A DNA stretch of 64,000 nt from Podarcis muralis (GCF_964188315.1 NC_135657.1:76818001-76882000); one strand, 5' to 3'; counted from the stretch's first letter, positions 24,690 to 37,717 are shown. Notes: generated by a model not told the origin, from the letters alone. A program made the numbers and translations.

Positions 24690-24870
24690 TCACTCCTCAA
24701 AAAAATATTTGTGCCCCTTGCCTCAAATACACCTTCTAACCAGGCAAGTGACCAGTCATTATCATGGTGCAGGAGAGGACTTCTCTGTGGTGGCCCCCAA
24801 GCTGTGCAATAGCCATCTGGCTCCATTTCTATATGCTTTTCAACAGCAGGTCAAGATGCATATTTTTTGC
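24690..24870 (+). mobile_element. L2 ORF2 C-terminal fragment
   Basis: ggagaggacttctctgtggtggcccccaagctgtgcaatagc corresponds to the RAFSVAAPxLWN motif; resembles 30275-30560. Confidence 0.6.
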
Positions 24871-27451
24871 CCAGGCTCTTGGGGCTGGAGAATGAAATTT
24901 AGGCACCCCCTATTGCAGTCCTAGCCTAGACTGCTGTTTAATATGGTTTTAATTAATGAATTAATTAAGATACGTATTGTATTCAACCACATGTAACCTG
25001 CCCAGGGACTAGTGAAGTGTGGGCTATAAATGCATATAATAAGCAAGCGAGCAAACAATGTTTCTGAGTACACCTCTTTGCATTCCCCACACTGCTGTGT
25101 GACAGCTCTTCACTTCTAAGGGGGGAAGTGGTATACCTTAGGACACAATCACCAAGGTGGCAAGACTGACCCTGACAGTGGTTGACCCAGTCTCCAGTGA
25201 GAGAGACCCATAGCAGCCGTGACACTAAGTGGAGATTTTTAGTTTGCATTATAGTTCAAAGCTATTATGGGATTTGCAATGCAGGGTGCATTCAGACATG
25301 GAAATTATTGTATTAGTTCCCCTGGTTATAATGCTGACACTTCTGTCCTGGTTTCTAATGTCTCTTTTACCTTTCAGTAGCTGGTTGTGTAATGGAATTG
25401 TGGCATTTTTATTGATTAAGTGCTTAATTTTGTTCACATCTGTGAACACGGTATGGCACATAAGGACCAATTGCTACCTTATAGGCACATGCATGGGGTG
25501 AAAATAGATTGGAAGCAATTAGCGTGGAAATGAATTCCAAACTTCCGCTGGATTCCACTAGATTTCCAGAAGTAGATTTTGCATTATGTGAAAAAACACA
25601 TAAAATGAGGGAAATAAGCATTGAGTAAACATCAAGAAAATGGGAAAAAAGTGGTGTCTAAATGCAGCCATGATTGAAATACCCACTTGCCTTTTCCATG
25701 ATACTATTTTCTATGTTGCTCTTGTAAATCTCTGGCTCATCACAGTTATGTACATTTGTAAAATTCACTGGTGATTTGCTTTGTTAACAGAAGCAGCATT
25801 TAATACATTTAATATAAAAACTTGCAACACGGATCTGGCTTGACACACCTGTCAACCTATTGGTACGCAATCTATTTAGAGCTGAATCAAAAAAATCCAA
25901 GTCAAGTTCCACCTTTATGTAGTGGACTAGGATGTGTAACAAGTAACAGGACATTTCCTTTTCTAAAAAGATGCACCACCTGTTTCATCAATGAAAGTTT
26001 TACAGGAATTTTCTTCTTGGGGGAGGGGGAGTTTTCTACCGTGACAGTTACCTTGGCACAAAGCATTTGCTATCATTATTCTTGATGCATTGCTTGCCAC
26101 AGCTCCGTCTTCAGATAAACAAAATAACGACTCATGTTGCCTCTCACAACAAGGAATAAACCCCAGATAACAATGATCCAGAGGATTTGGAAATTGTGCT
26201 AAATTCATATGATAATGAACAGCTGTGATGCATTGGTGACTCACTTGCAAAGCAGGATCCAATCCCCCAGATCCAATGCTGCCTTTCTAAAGTTTCAGGA
26301 TGTCCCAAATGGGCCTCAATCATATTTTGTGGTAAGGTTCAGAACACTTGTGGGCTATTTCATAATACAGAAAGCATCTGTTCAAATGCAGAACGACCAT
26401 GATGATTTTGAGTCTTAATGCCACCTTTTGAACACTAACACATGCGAGCCGAATGCTCACTTTGTCCAGTGCTGCAATTTCTCCCTCCCTCCCCTTGATT
26501 CAGTTGCTGAACTAGCACAAATTGAGCCATCTGCTAAGGGAAATCTCTTTGGAATTGTTTGATTCCTTTGCCCCTCTGCAGATAAGATTTCTTTGAGTGA
26601 GCCCTGAGAATTTGGGAACACTCCTCCCCCCCCCCATCTATATCTAACTGATTGAGATGCTCAGCCACTGACTCTGGGGATATCACTTTTGTATAATGTG
26701 GGAGGCTTCCCTCCCAATCAATTTTGCTACCAGGTTGCACCAACAATATCTCAAGGCACTAGATAAATTCAGTGTAGAGAACAACACTGATAAGGGCTTC
26801 AGAACAGAATGGAACACAATGCTTTCTATTCACAGGGCTTATGCAGTGGTGCAGGTCAGAAAATATTAAGGAGCCAGGTGTGTGCTTTCTCTTCAGGGCA
26901 CAGACGAAAGACAAACCGTTTGTAAGCTGTGAAAAACAAGGCTGTGGGTTATTTTCAATACATATTCTGGATGCTATTTTCTTCCTCCCACACAAAGGTA
27001 TCCCTATGCAAGCATTCTACCTCCAGTGGCATGAATGTCCCACATCTATATCAGAGCCTCTTGTGTTCATAAAAAAATTTTTGGATTGGTCATTTTCCTG
27101 TCTACAGTACTTACAACATATTTTAGGATTCAGGGCTTAGCGCACTCACTTTATTCCAAACGGTAAATTTCATTTAGCTTTGCTACTAGAGAAGCAGTTG
27201 GCAGATCCACCGGTCCTTGTGTGCAGGACAGGGTGAATGTCCTGTTATATCTTTGGTAGTTGCTTTTGTAGATAGTTGTTGCTGCTAGCTTTCAGAAGGT
27301 GCATTCAGACAGCACTTTATTCCAATTGCCCAATATTTCCTTACCCGATGATTTTCACATTTTATGTTATCTTTCACATGATGTAAGAGCCATTTCTGGA
27401 AGTCTAGTGGAATTCTGAAGGAAAGAAAGAAAAGTCTCATTCCTTGGTTCC

Positions 27452-27468
27452 GGGGGGGGGGGGGGGGG
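27452..27468 (+). repeat. G17 homopolymer
   Basis: Direct reading. Confidence 0.9.
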
Positions 27469-28476
27469 ATCCAATTGCAACCCCTTCAACCTGGAAAAAT
27501 CATGGAAGGTTTGCATTGCAGTTTTCATGGGCCATGCGGCCACTGCTCAACTGAAAAAAATATCAGGTGGTATTCTGGCATACAGTTCTTTCCCACCGTT
27601 TTCATGAGTGAAACATGAGGTAACAGGGGCATGCATGCATATAAAAGGAGGTGACATGTCCAATGGCAGCTGCTGCTGTGAATGAAATTTAGTGCAACAT
27701 AGTGTTATACTGATCAAATGCTGCAGTTCCATGATGCAACTAGTAATGTAGTTTAAAAGGAATGTTAGAAGCAGAGACTGAAGCACAAGCATTTATAATA
27801 TATAATAATTATAACCAGGAAAACTAAGGCAATAATCCTCATGTCTGAATACAATCATAGTTAGCATTCTAGTCTCTGATCGTCTCTTGGAATCACAGAG
27901 GGCGGAGTGACATTTATAGGAATGTTCACACATTACATTGAATAAGTATGTGATCTGTGTACCTGTGTGTGCAGATAGTTGAGTATAAGCACCTGAATAG
28001 GTTTTTGCATATAACAAACATTCAGGGGGCACACTTTCTGTAAACAGGATTTGAGCTGTGCAAATAAAGCGTACCCTTTTTCCACGGAAACTCTTGTGCA
28101 AGTGTAAAGACAGCTTGTACCTGTCTTCAGTACAATGTGTGAAGAAGGCTGAAGTCTACTGCTGCCACACAAACAACTAGTGGTTGGTGCTATCAAAAAG
28201 CAGAGTGACAACGTCCCAATTCAGCAGCAAGGTCATGCTTAGAGTCCTGGAAATGAGGAATCCAGCAAGGGCAAATACTATGATTTCAACTGCAAAGGAC
28301 CTAATACAAAAAGGAACCTGCTTGTGGGAATAAACCTATTTCCATGTAGGAATCTTTCCTGATGAATTACTGAGAAGAAGTTGAAATCACACTTATAGGT
28401 AACATTGGAACATATTATGAGAGCAGCATTACATTTCTACTTTGCTAGTAGTACTTACTTTTTCCTTACTCTAAGC

Positions 28477-28478
<2 letters not shown>

Positions 28479-28511
<33 letters not shown>
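28479..28511. repeat. (GT)n microsatellite
   Basis: About 16 units. Confidence 0.95.
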
Positions 28512-28514
<3 letters not shown>

Positions 28515-29769
28515 TTGAATGCGCATGTTTCTTCATCAACCCATGGATCTTGCTTCCAATTTCCTCACTCTCTTCAGCTTAAATTGTTCCAAACATCTTT
28601 GGGGGAATTATATTTTTAATTGTGGCAGTACAATGAATATTTGATGATCTACATTCATAGGGTAATCATGGAAAAAAATTCTAATCCTAAATAATATGTT
28701 GAATAATAATTAAAACTACTGAAGACTTGATTAAGGGTGTTAGGGGATTAGAAATGGGAATTAAAGATGGCCAAGAGCCCTGGGGTAAATTCAAGGACTT
28801 CAAACACCTTTTAAAAAAATCATGGTTTTTAAAAAGATTAAGAAAATTATTGGACTAGAGATTTCCCCCTAGGAAACAATCTGTGAAAAAGATGTAACAA
28901 ATGTCAGAGTGTAGTTTCCTAAATCTATGAATGGAGAGTTCAATCTACAGTCAAGTTAAATCGAAGTGCTTCTATTCAAGCATATATAAGGAAGTAGGGC
29001 AGGAGTCAGCTTAAATTCCTTTGCCCCATTTTACTGGGTCATCAGTCTCCAAAAAGAAGGCAGGACATAAATGGACATAAATTAAGAAAGATTTTAAACA
29101 CGTGCTTTGATATCTAATTTATACAGTGATGCAGGGCAGTAGCCCCACAACATTTTGAATACTGAATAAAGAAAACGAGAAGTTTTCAGTGGATTCAGTA
29201 TCACAAGCATAACACTGGCTCTGTATGCAGGTTTGGCTTATGATACCTGCAATCCTATGTTCCCTTCTTGATGGCTGCATTTCCAAAATACCTTCAATTT
29301 AATGTGACAAAGAATAATGCAGTGTAAAAGGCTTAACTCTCAGAGCTATATGTTTCAACGTTTATACTGTGGCATACTTTCTTTTTAAAAAAACCTCACA
29401 TTAGTATCCAGCTTCCTATTATTTTAAAGCATATATACTTTGTGGATAAATGCTCTTGTGCAATACAAGCAGGTAAAATATGCTGATGGCACCTTTTCTT
29501 CTTCTGAATTTGAATAGTAACTGTAAACCATATCCATTGTAATATTACTTTTGTTTGTTTTGCATAAATGAGCAGTCAGATATGTGAAGATTGCAGCAGC
29601 AATCATTTTGAAGCTCAGACATAATTTTTCTGTGTTTTATTTTCTTTTATCATAGCTTTAGTTCCAGCACTGTCCCTCATGTAAGAGAGAGAGAGAGCAC
29701 ATGAGAGAGAGAGAGAAAATGCTTCGTCTAAGAGTAGACAGCCTTTCAAGACTGAAGGGAACACATCTA

Positions 29770-29836
29770 AGGGAAGGGTTATAAGTCAGTAGAACAGCTG
29801 CATTGTCTCAGGTTCAAATCCCCAGCATCTTTCAGA
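29770..29836 (+). mobile_element. tRNA-headed SINE, head only
   Basis: gggaagggttataagtcagtagaacagctgcattgtctcaggttcaaatccccagcatct; B-box-like ggttcaaatcc. Confidence 0.6.
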
Positions 29837-29958
29837 GATCCTATGTAGGTGAGAGTAGTATCACGCATGGTGACCCAATGTTTCCAATGTAGGACTTTTA
29901 CATGGCTATGTGGGGTTTGGGTCACCATACGTGATACTACTCTCACCTACATAGGATC
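29837..29958. repeat. Near-perfect inverted repeat, 42-bp arms, 38-nt spacer
   Basis: Arms 29837-29878 and 29917-29958 with one mismatch (C29866/A29929). Confidence 0.95.
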
Positions 29959-30025
29959 ATTGGAAACTGTTTTCTATAAGACCATTGGCCCAGCAAGCAC
30001 CCCAGCTCTCCAGGGTTTCAGACAA
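29950..30025 (-). mobile_element. 3' part of the same SINE family, reverse orientation
   Basis: cataggatcattggaaactg...agaccattggccc...cagctctccagggtttcagacaag matches the reversed tail and body of the SINE type at 21368 and 45765. Confidence 0.55.
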
Positions 30026-30274
30026 GCTATGCTCATATAATTTCAGGGATCCTGATTATGAAAGAGTCTCTAATCAGTCCATATATGGGCCTTCCGGGGG
30101 TTGGGAATCTTTTCCAGCAACCTTCTGGAGGCCAGAGGCAAAAGTGGATGGAGTAAATAATATTAATTTACCTAATTTTGCATCCTAACCAGGCCAAAAT
30201 GATCAAGGAAGGTGCCACTGAAGGGTTCTAGAGCAGGATGGGTTGCAGCTTATGTAGAGTCCCAAGAAACACAT

Positions 30275-30560
30275 TAGTTTCTGGGCCTAATTCAAAGTGC
30301 TGGCTTTGACCTATAATGCCTTAAATGGCTCAGGACTGCAATACCTCATGAACTGCTTCTTCTCATATGAACTGACCCAGACCCTGTGCTCATCATCTGA
30401 GGCTCTTCTTTGTGAGCCTCCTCCACAAGAGGCCTGGAGGGTGGCAACAGAAGAATGGGCCTTTTCTGCCATGGCTTCCCACTTGACGAATGCCCTCGCC
30501 AGGAAAGCTTACCTTGCGCCTTCATTACATATCTTTAGGTGCCAGGCCTTTGGCTTATTA
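30275..30560 (+). mobile_element. L2 ORF2 C-terminal fragment
   Basis: FKVLALTYNALNGSGLQYL...TLCSSSEALL...WAFSAMASHLTNAL...LAPSL matches the L2 C-terminal pattern KVLxxTYKALNGLGPxYL...RAFSVxAPxLWNxLP. Confidence 0.85.
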
Positions 30561-31571
30561 AACAATACATGACCTTTTCCATTGTGTTTGTGGTGTTCTT
30601 CTTTTCCTTTATTTTATCAAGTTTTGTTGCCCCTTCAGTCGGCATAAGATTTACAACAAGCAGGATGTTCACCTTCTTCAGTCCAAATGTGCTAATGGAA
30701 TCACACTGGGTCATGAAGTAGTGTCGTGGTAGGCTGAGAAAATCAACACACCCATGCTAACTAAAGTCCAAGTCACTGGAAGTGTTGCTCAGAGAGAAAC
30801 CCATGTTTGCCATTATCGGTAGTGAGCTCTTTGATTGCAAAATTGGATGCAGAGTTGTTTATTTATTGTTTTTACAAATCACTTCCCATGAGACATCATG
30901 AAGCAATTTAATGATGAAAAGAACAACATATATAAAAACCACAATTTTTAGTTCAACAATATTGTTCAAAGCATTGCAGTTGGAAATTAAAATTTAGCAG
31001 AATCCTGCCATCAGATGAGAACCCTGACATTGGCTGTGATTGAAAAGCAGTAGTCTCAGGCACCCATTAAGCAACACCTGAGGTGTCTATTCAAATAAGG
31101 CCTTAAAAAATAATTCTGAATAAATGATTTATTCATTTTTTTCTTCTTTTCCCACCCGGCAACACTTGTGTGTTTGCCTATATTAGTTTCATAATTACTT
31201 GTTTTTTTCCGTGCATCATCAACTCAAGCATGGTTATTCTTGTAATGCCTAATATGCAGAAAAATAGATGCTCATTGTGGACCATTTAAATCAATTGATA
31301 ATACTTGCATAAAGCAATTATCCCAACATTATTATCTCTCAGAATTTCCAATAGCTCTTTCACCACCAGATGACTAAATTTTGGCTCAGGAAAAGCAAAA
31401 CAAAAACCAGACACGTCCTGTCCCATCTTTTCTGAAATCAGCTATTATCTATGTGTACCAACAGGTGTCTGCAGATGTGATATTACAAACGAGCTGTAAT
31501 CTGCTATGCAAGTGGCTCTAAAGTTAGTAATTTGAAGGCTTCAAGTAAATTTATGAATCCAAAAAAATTGT

Positions 31572-31887
31572 AGGAGAGGGAAACAACAGTGACCTTACTG
31601 TGGGTGTCTGCTATACAGTCTGCCTAAGGCAGACTGAAGACTTGGATGATGCCTTCCTACAGCAGATTACCAAGCATTCAAAAAGTTAAGACATTGTAGT
31701 CATGGAAGAGTTCATCTACACCAGTATCTCTTGGAACTCCAACTCTGCCAAGAGTGTAAGGTCCAACAAATTCCTTAATTGCTGTGCCAATAATTTCATT
31801 TCCCAGAAGGTGGAAGAAGCAACAAGGGGGTCATCTCTCTTGGACCTGGTCCTCACCAACTGGGAAGAACTGATCAACAAAGTCTAG
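31572..31887 (+). mobile_element. CR1 ORF2 endonuclease fragment
   Basis: GEGNNSDLTVGVCY...DLDDAFLQQI...VVMEEFIY..ISW...SNKFLNC...NFISQKVEEATRGSSLLDLVLTN is a CR1 APE domain with stops and frameshift. Confidence 0.9.
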
Positions 31888-32180
31888 TGAACCTTAGAAT
31901 GAGGATTTTGTGGCAGTGAATTCTATACATGATGTGACATTTATAAGTCATGATCAACCACCACCACTGTGAAAGAAACCTAGTGATTTGGACAAAAGGA
32001 ATGGGGAAGCTGTACAACCCTTCTTTTTTTTCATCTGGCAATTCTGGCAGTCTTAAAAACAAGCAGAGAGCAAATACTCCATACAACAAGAGTGGGGGAA
32101 CATTCTTTTTCAGCCCAAGGGCTACATTTACTTGTAAGCAACCTTCCAGCGACTGCTTTGTAAGAGTCTAAGTTGTACCC

Positions 32181-32197
32181 TCTGCCGCCTAGTGGTG
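32181..32197 (-). promoter_or_regulatory. Candidate CTCF site
   Basis: Minus strand CACCACTAGGCGGCAGA vs core CCASYAGRKGGC, one mismatch. Confidence 0.35.
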
Positions 32198-32249
32198 GGA
32201 TAGTCAGAGACAAATATGCATAGAAAAACAGGTATAACTCTCGCTTTTT

Positions 32250-32377
32250 AGAAGAAGGGTTTGGATTTGATATCCCGCTTTATCACTACCCGAAGGAGTC
32301 TCAAAGCGGCTAACATTCTCCTTTCCCTTCCTCCCCCACAACAAACGCTCTGTGGGGTGAGTGGGGCTGAGAGACTT
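32250..32377 (-). mobile_element. 5'-truncated SINE with L2-like tail (Squam3-like, name tentative)
   Basis: agaagaagggtttggatttgatatcccgctttatcactacccgaaggagtctcaaagcggctaacattctcc...gtggggctgagagactt; low apparent decay. Confidence 0.85.
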
Positions 32378-32439
32378 CTTGTGCAGCAGGCTACATCCTA
32401 CCCTATCAAAAGTCAGTAGTTTCTACACAGAGGTGCTTA

Positions 32440-32636
32440 TTCAGGCAGGCAAGAGGCATGATGATATCTCAGGGGCACATGCCAGGCAGGTAAAAGTTCT
32501 CATGGAGAGTGCAGAGCAGGGCCCATGAGGGACATGGTCTGGAGAGGAATGTGGTATGGGGAGAATCTTGAGGGTCAGACAGAGAGGACTAGAAGTCCAC
32601 ATTTGACCCCTGGCCCCGGGGTTTCCCATTTTCAGG
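32440..32636. mobile_element. Old hAT-like non-autonomous element
   Basis: The end gagggtcagacagagaggactagaagtccacatttgacccctggccccggggtttccca resembles 34620-34692. Confidence 0.45.
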
Positions 32637-33055
32637 CATGTTCAGTGATGAGTGCTCCCCCTTGCAGTGCAGAATGCTCAGGAAGATGGGCTTTGATCTG
32701 ATCCAGCAGGGATCTTATTCCATTATTCTCCACACTGTAGTTTCGATTGTACCCACAAATTATCATTCAGAAGCTGCCATTGAATTCCTCTCTAGAAATA
32801 GAATTTCCAAAATATGTATTTTTTAATATGTAAAGATCTGTGTTAACAGCACCTATGCATGACCTTGCATGCAGGATTTGATGCAACAACTTAACAGAAC
32901 ACAGAAAATGTCATTAAAAGAATTCCAGATCTAGAAATCGCTTTGAGCTAGCCTCTACGTTATCTTTCAAAGCTGTGTTGTGTAAAGAGCTGGGCATCTC
33001 TTAGGAAGTATCTGTCAACCATAAATTTAAAAAGAGGCAAGAACCACAATAATAT

Positions 33056-33457
33056 TGTTATGAGTTGAAAGGGTAGACTGTTTGCCTGTGACCCCTTTAA
33101 TTCCTGGCTCCAGCAAGGATTCAATTCCTGGAATAGCCAGGCTAGCTCCCTGGTCAGGTAGTGGCCCTCAGTTCACTGGTAGTTAGAAAGACTAAGGCCA
33201 GAGTTGAGAGTTGAGGTGTATAGCAAGGCTGCAGGTAGAGACAGAACCATGCCTGCTTTCTACTGGAATCCAAGGCTGTGGCTATGGGAGAAGCAATACC
33301 TTCTTCCAGTGTGAATGCTGTGAGCCCCTCCACTGTAGGCTCAGGTTGTATATATGTACTGTATAAATAAACCATATTTTCATAAGGACACCATAGTCTC
33401 CACTGTCCCTCATTCTGAGGAAACTGCACCACTTGGAGATTGGGTTGGCATGCCACA
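33056..33457 (+). mobile_element. Solo LTR-like element
   Basis: TGT...ACA termini, 4-bp flanks atat/gtat, internal tatataTGTACTGTATAAATAAA (TATA/polyA-like). Confidence 0.45.
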
Positions 33458-34169
33458 GTATATATCAGTGTGGCCTTTTAAATCTAACTTTATTCTTTTC
33501 CCAACTAGAGAGCTATTTCACAGGGAGCACCGATCAGTGTAACCTATAAAATTAGTATCAGCTTTACCTCTCAGACGACAACTATACGCCTACAGCTCCA
33601 TTTCTCCTGCAAAATGTTTGAGTGTGATTAACTTGAATTCAGAGAGCAGATGTACACATTTCCAGAACATTTTGAATACCTTTGTCACCTGGCTCATAAA
33701 ATATGTATGTAAAAGTATTACTATTTGCAGTGATGTAAAACTTCCCCTCTGCTTCACATTGTGAAGTCAGCGAGAATTAGTTCGTTTTATGTGAGAGACT
33801 ACCCCTGTAATCGCAGCCTGCGGTCATCTCCTTGTTCTGATGAATCACAGTTTCAGAGGTCCCTTTAAAAACAAAGTTTTCATGGAGAGCCAAATAGACC
33901 TGTTTCCTCACCACTATCACAGCTGCCCATTCACTTGCCTTCTTCATCTGGGTCTGTTTGCACTACTGCCCAGGGGGAGAATACAAAGGAAGGCAAGGGG
34001 AAGATGCTCCTCCTTTTCCCTCTTACCATTGTCACATTTTTAATGCTCAGAAAGGGTAGCTGAGTAGGAGGTGAAAAGGAGGAGGAAGAGGACCAGGATG
34101 CTCTGAGGGTCAGCAGTGCACCCCTTTGGAAGGTGTGGGATTTGGTAGCTATTCAGCCATGTCAACCAC

Positions 34170-34295
34170 AAGCAGACAGGGTGCTGTTGAGCTCCGGTCC
34201 TGCTGGGGGCCTCCCCTAGGCCTCTGGTTGGCCACTGTGAGAAAAGGATAGTAGACTAGACAGTCTTTCATCTCATCAAGCAGAGCACTTGCTAG
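34170..34295 (+). mobile_element. CR1 3' end fragment
   Basis: ggcctctggttggccactgtgagaaaaggatagtagactaga resembles the 14220-14290 segment. Confidence 0.7.
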
Positions 34296-34479
34296 ATGAT
34301 GAACTTAACAACCTGATGGTCCAGGGGCAGGAAAACTGTTGGAGCTTGAGGGCCACACTCCTTCGTGGGGAACTTTTGGGGTGGGGGCACATGCCAGTGG
34401 CAAGTTTGTTCAGTGCAAAAGTGTATTGAACAATGAATGAGACTGTACCCTTTGGGCAGCACAAATCAGAGGCTTATAT

Positions 34480-34692
34480 ATACACACACACACCATCCAG
34501 ATGAGCATGCAACATCATCACAGTTCAAGGACACCCTTCAGCCAGCCAAATGCACTCAAGAAGGGTGTGGAGCAGGATAGGGGAGGGGCATGTTCTGGGA
34601 ACGGAGTGTGGCCTAAGGAAAGTCATAAGGACTAGGTAGAGAAGCATGGAGGGCTGTATTTGGTTCATGAGCCTGAAGTTCCCCACTGCTGC
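34480..34692. mobile_element. Old hAT-like non-autonomous element (family of 32440-32636)
   Basis: Ends ggagggctgtatttggttcatgagcctgaagttccccactgctg. Confidence 0.45.
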
Positions 34693-37439
34693 CCTAGAGG
34701 ATAGTACATCTCCTCACCTAGGCCTTTTGGATCCAAACTTAGGTGCTCCTGGCATAAAGAAAATAGGAGCCCACATGCTTCATTTGTCAGATTTGGGAAC
34801 ATTAAGGTTGCGATCGCTGAATTCAAAGTAGGCTAGTCTCCTGAACTGACAACTATATAAAGTACCTATCATGAAGCGGAGCGAGTATGTTTTAACAATT
34901 AGCAGATTTCCAGAGAGAAGTGATATCTGATGACATTAAGGACTGTGACATGAGATTATGACAATTTAAGTATTTAATGAGCTGATTAGTAATCTGGGAA
35001 GAGTGCACTTTTAAAACTTCAGAGTACCGCTGCAGCCACCAGTCATTATTGCTGCAAGTTACAAACAGCTAGCGTATATTACTGTGCCCAAGTCAGGAGT
35101 GGAAAATTTTGGGGTGTGGAGTAGTTAATAGTATTTGGGATCAGTTGTTACTGCTGAAAATGATTCTAGAGAGCTGGGTTTGGTAACAATGATAGCCATT
35201 TTTCAAAAAGTCCCATTTCTCAGAATTGTGCATCCTCTTGTTGTCTAACATAGGGTCATTTCAGCCATGGCTGTGGCTGGCCAAACAGTCCTAAAAGTTT
35301 GAATCTCACTCCCTGGAAATGACCTCCCTTTCTTGTCCCAGTACATAAATCCTAAAATGATCCCAAAAGATGCCCAATGGTTGCAGCTTCTTCTATCCTG
35401 GGTCAAATCACCTTTAGAATCATTTTCAGAAATAAAAATTATCTCGATTTGAAATGATTCCAGCCCATTTTTTATAACTCCAAGCAAAAAAATATCCTCC
35501 TCCCCAGTTCTTCACATTGCTCAGAACATAATGGAGGCAATTCTGCTGAACGTAGACACATGTAGACATAATATGGAGAAAGAGAGAAAGAGAAGGATGG
35601 GAATGGGAGCTGTGTATACATTAGCAGCTTAGAATGCCGCAATGCTGTTTTTCCTCACTGTTTCAAATAGGATTTTTATGTTGCTGTACACAGTAATGAA
35701 AGGGTACGGATGTCTTTACCCAATGCATATTACCTGATTTGCTTCCCCACACCTGCAACCCACCTAACCTCCTTTGGTTAAAGGACAAGCCCCTCTTGAA
35801 TCCCCCTGAAGCAAGATCAGATTCAGTTTGCAGCTGATTCAGATTCTAAATGTTCCTGCAGCATACCTTAAAATAATTAGGGGAGGCCGTCTCTAGGCTG
35901 TCTGAAGCACAGCATGAGACTTGGTATCTTCACTATGGCATCTTCTGGGATGGTTCTTCACAGTCGTTGTCCAACCCATCTGCCCCATGGTCCTGATCTG
36001 TGGCCCACAAATCAGGCCTATTTGTCCTGTGCCATCCTAAGGACCACCTGCCGTGTCTTGGATTTGTGCCTGAAGCAATTCAATGGTTGGGCTAAGGGTT
36101 TTGAAGGCTTTTATTGTTGTTATCCAGAAATACCACTGCATTTTGAGCCAGTTCTTAATCACTGCAGGCTGATTTGTTGTTGTTTCATATGGAGGAGGCC
36201 GAGAAGTGTTTTATAACATTGGTGTTAGAAACACTATTGGCTTTGCTGATTTATAACGGATGTTTTTAAATTTATGGGCATGTTTTTTCGTATTTATTCT
36301 GTGCTTACTCTGCAGTTTAATAACAAATGCATATGCTGCAAAAAAGAGAGAGTAAAAAATGGGCAAGTCCACTAAGATCAACGACAACCAATGTTCTAAT
36401 TATTTGCAAACAATGCAACTGTAGAGAGATGCTACCAATTGCACTTTATGGCTATTGACTGGATAAACACTAGAGAAATGATACTGCAATTCCTAAACTA
36501 CAAGGCTCTCTAAGGAGAACCAAAGCAAAGATGAGTCCATACCAATTAAATGAATTATATCTGCTCCATTTGTGCAAATTGAGAAACAGTAAATACAAGC
36601 TGGTGTTTAAATAAATCGTTAGAGGTCATTTTTGTTTGCTGTATCCGTAGTATCAAAGACTCCAGAGTTAGTCACTGTTGGGCCATAGAGGAAGACGTGC
36701 TTAGTTCAATATCCCTATTACACTAACAAAAGTGTTATTTGCAGAATGATTTTGCCCATTAATTTGGTAGTGTGGCCGAAGTTCAGCTGGTTTAGCGGCT
36801 CCTGCTGTTGTTGGGGGAATTCAGCGGACATTTTATGCTGACATTAAGTTGGCAATAAATGCTGCGAGCACATCCTGATGACTGGCTTGAGTTTGCTAAT
36901 GAACAAATTCCGCTCTAGAGTTGGCAGGCTGGCTGGTCAGCTGGATACTTAGAGATGGAGCAGTTGTCTCCCTTATAACTGGTTACTCTGAATATCACAG
37001 GAGGCTCATAAGAATGGCAAATTGTCAGACAGTTCATTAAACGTTTCTCTGTGTCATCGGTCTAGGACGCCACATGGAGTTCTCAGCTTCTATAAGAATA
37101 TAGAAATCTGGCACTTCCTGACTCTGACGATGCCCGCTTTGCATGCAGTAAATTTCCATGGTGAGGTTTTAGACCAAGATGGTACCACTTGGAACCCAAC
37201 GAACTGATCACATCAACCACATCCACTTTGCCTACAGGTGAGAAAGGTGAGAAAGGAGTTAGGGGAGGTGTGCTTTTCTTGGAAAGAATGGTCTACAGGA
37301 GTTAAGCACAAACACCAGCACTAGCACGTGAGGGGAAGGGCAGTGTGGCAGTGGTGACACCTTGGTTGTTGCCAGCCAGGATGGAGGTGTGAAGAAATAC
37401 TTTGTTTTGTCTTGATTTAAACATTGAAGAGTATAAGGC

Positions 37440-37576
37440 NNNNNNNNNNNNNNNNNNNNNNNNNNNNNNNNNNNNNNNNNNNNNNNNNNNNNNNNNNNNN
37501 NNNNNNNNNNNNNNNNNNNNNNNNNNNNNNNNNNNNNNNNNNNNNNNNNNNNNNNNNNNNNNNNNNNNNNNNNNNN
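37440..37576. other. Assembly gap (137 N)
   Basis: Direct reading. Confidence 1.
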
Positions 37577-37717
37577 GTGAAAGGGCTCTTTCTCCAAACC
37601 AGGCAACCATGAGCTATCTGTAGAAAATTGTGCAACAACTGTTATAAAGACCAGGCTATTGTGGAAAAGGAAATAGCCAGAACCCAGTCACAAACCACTG
37701 CTTCCCACTGCTGCTGT

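Noticed and set aside
26505-26760. Minus peptide EHLNQLDI, vaguely like CR1 ORF2
   Set aside because: The flanking KSxGPDGIHP motif is absent; too weak to call.
34928-34985. Box C/D snoRNA-like TGATGA...CTGA
   Set aside because: The C box lacks the 5' purine, there is no terminal stem, and it is better explained as part of the TGACA cluster.
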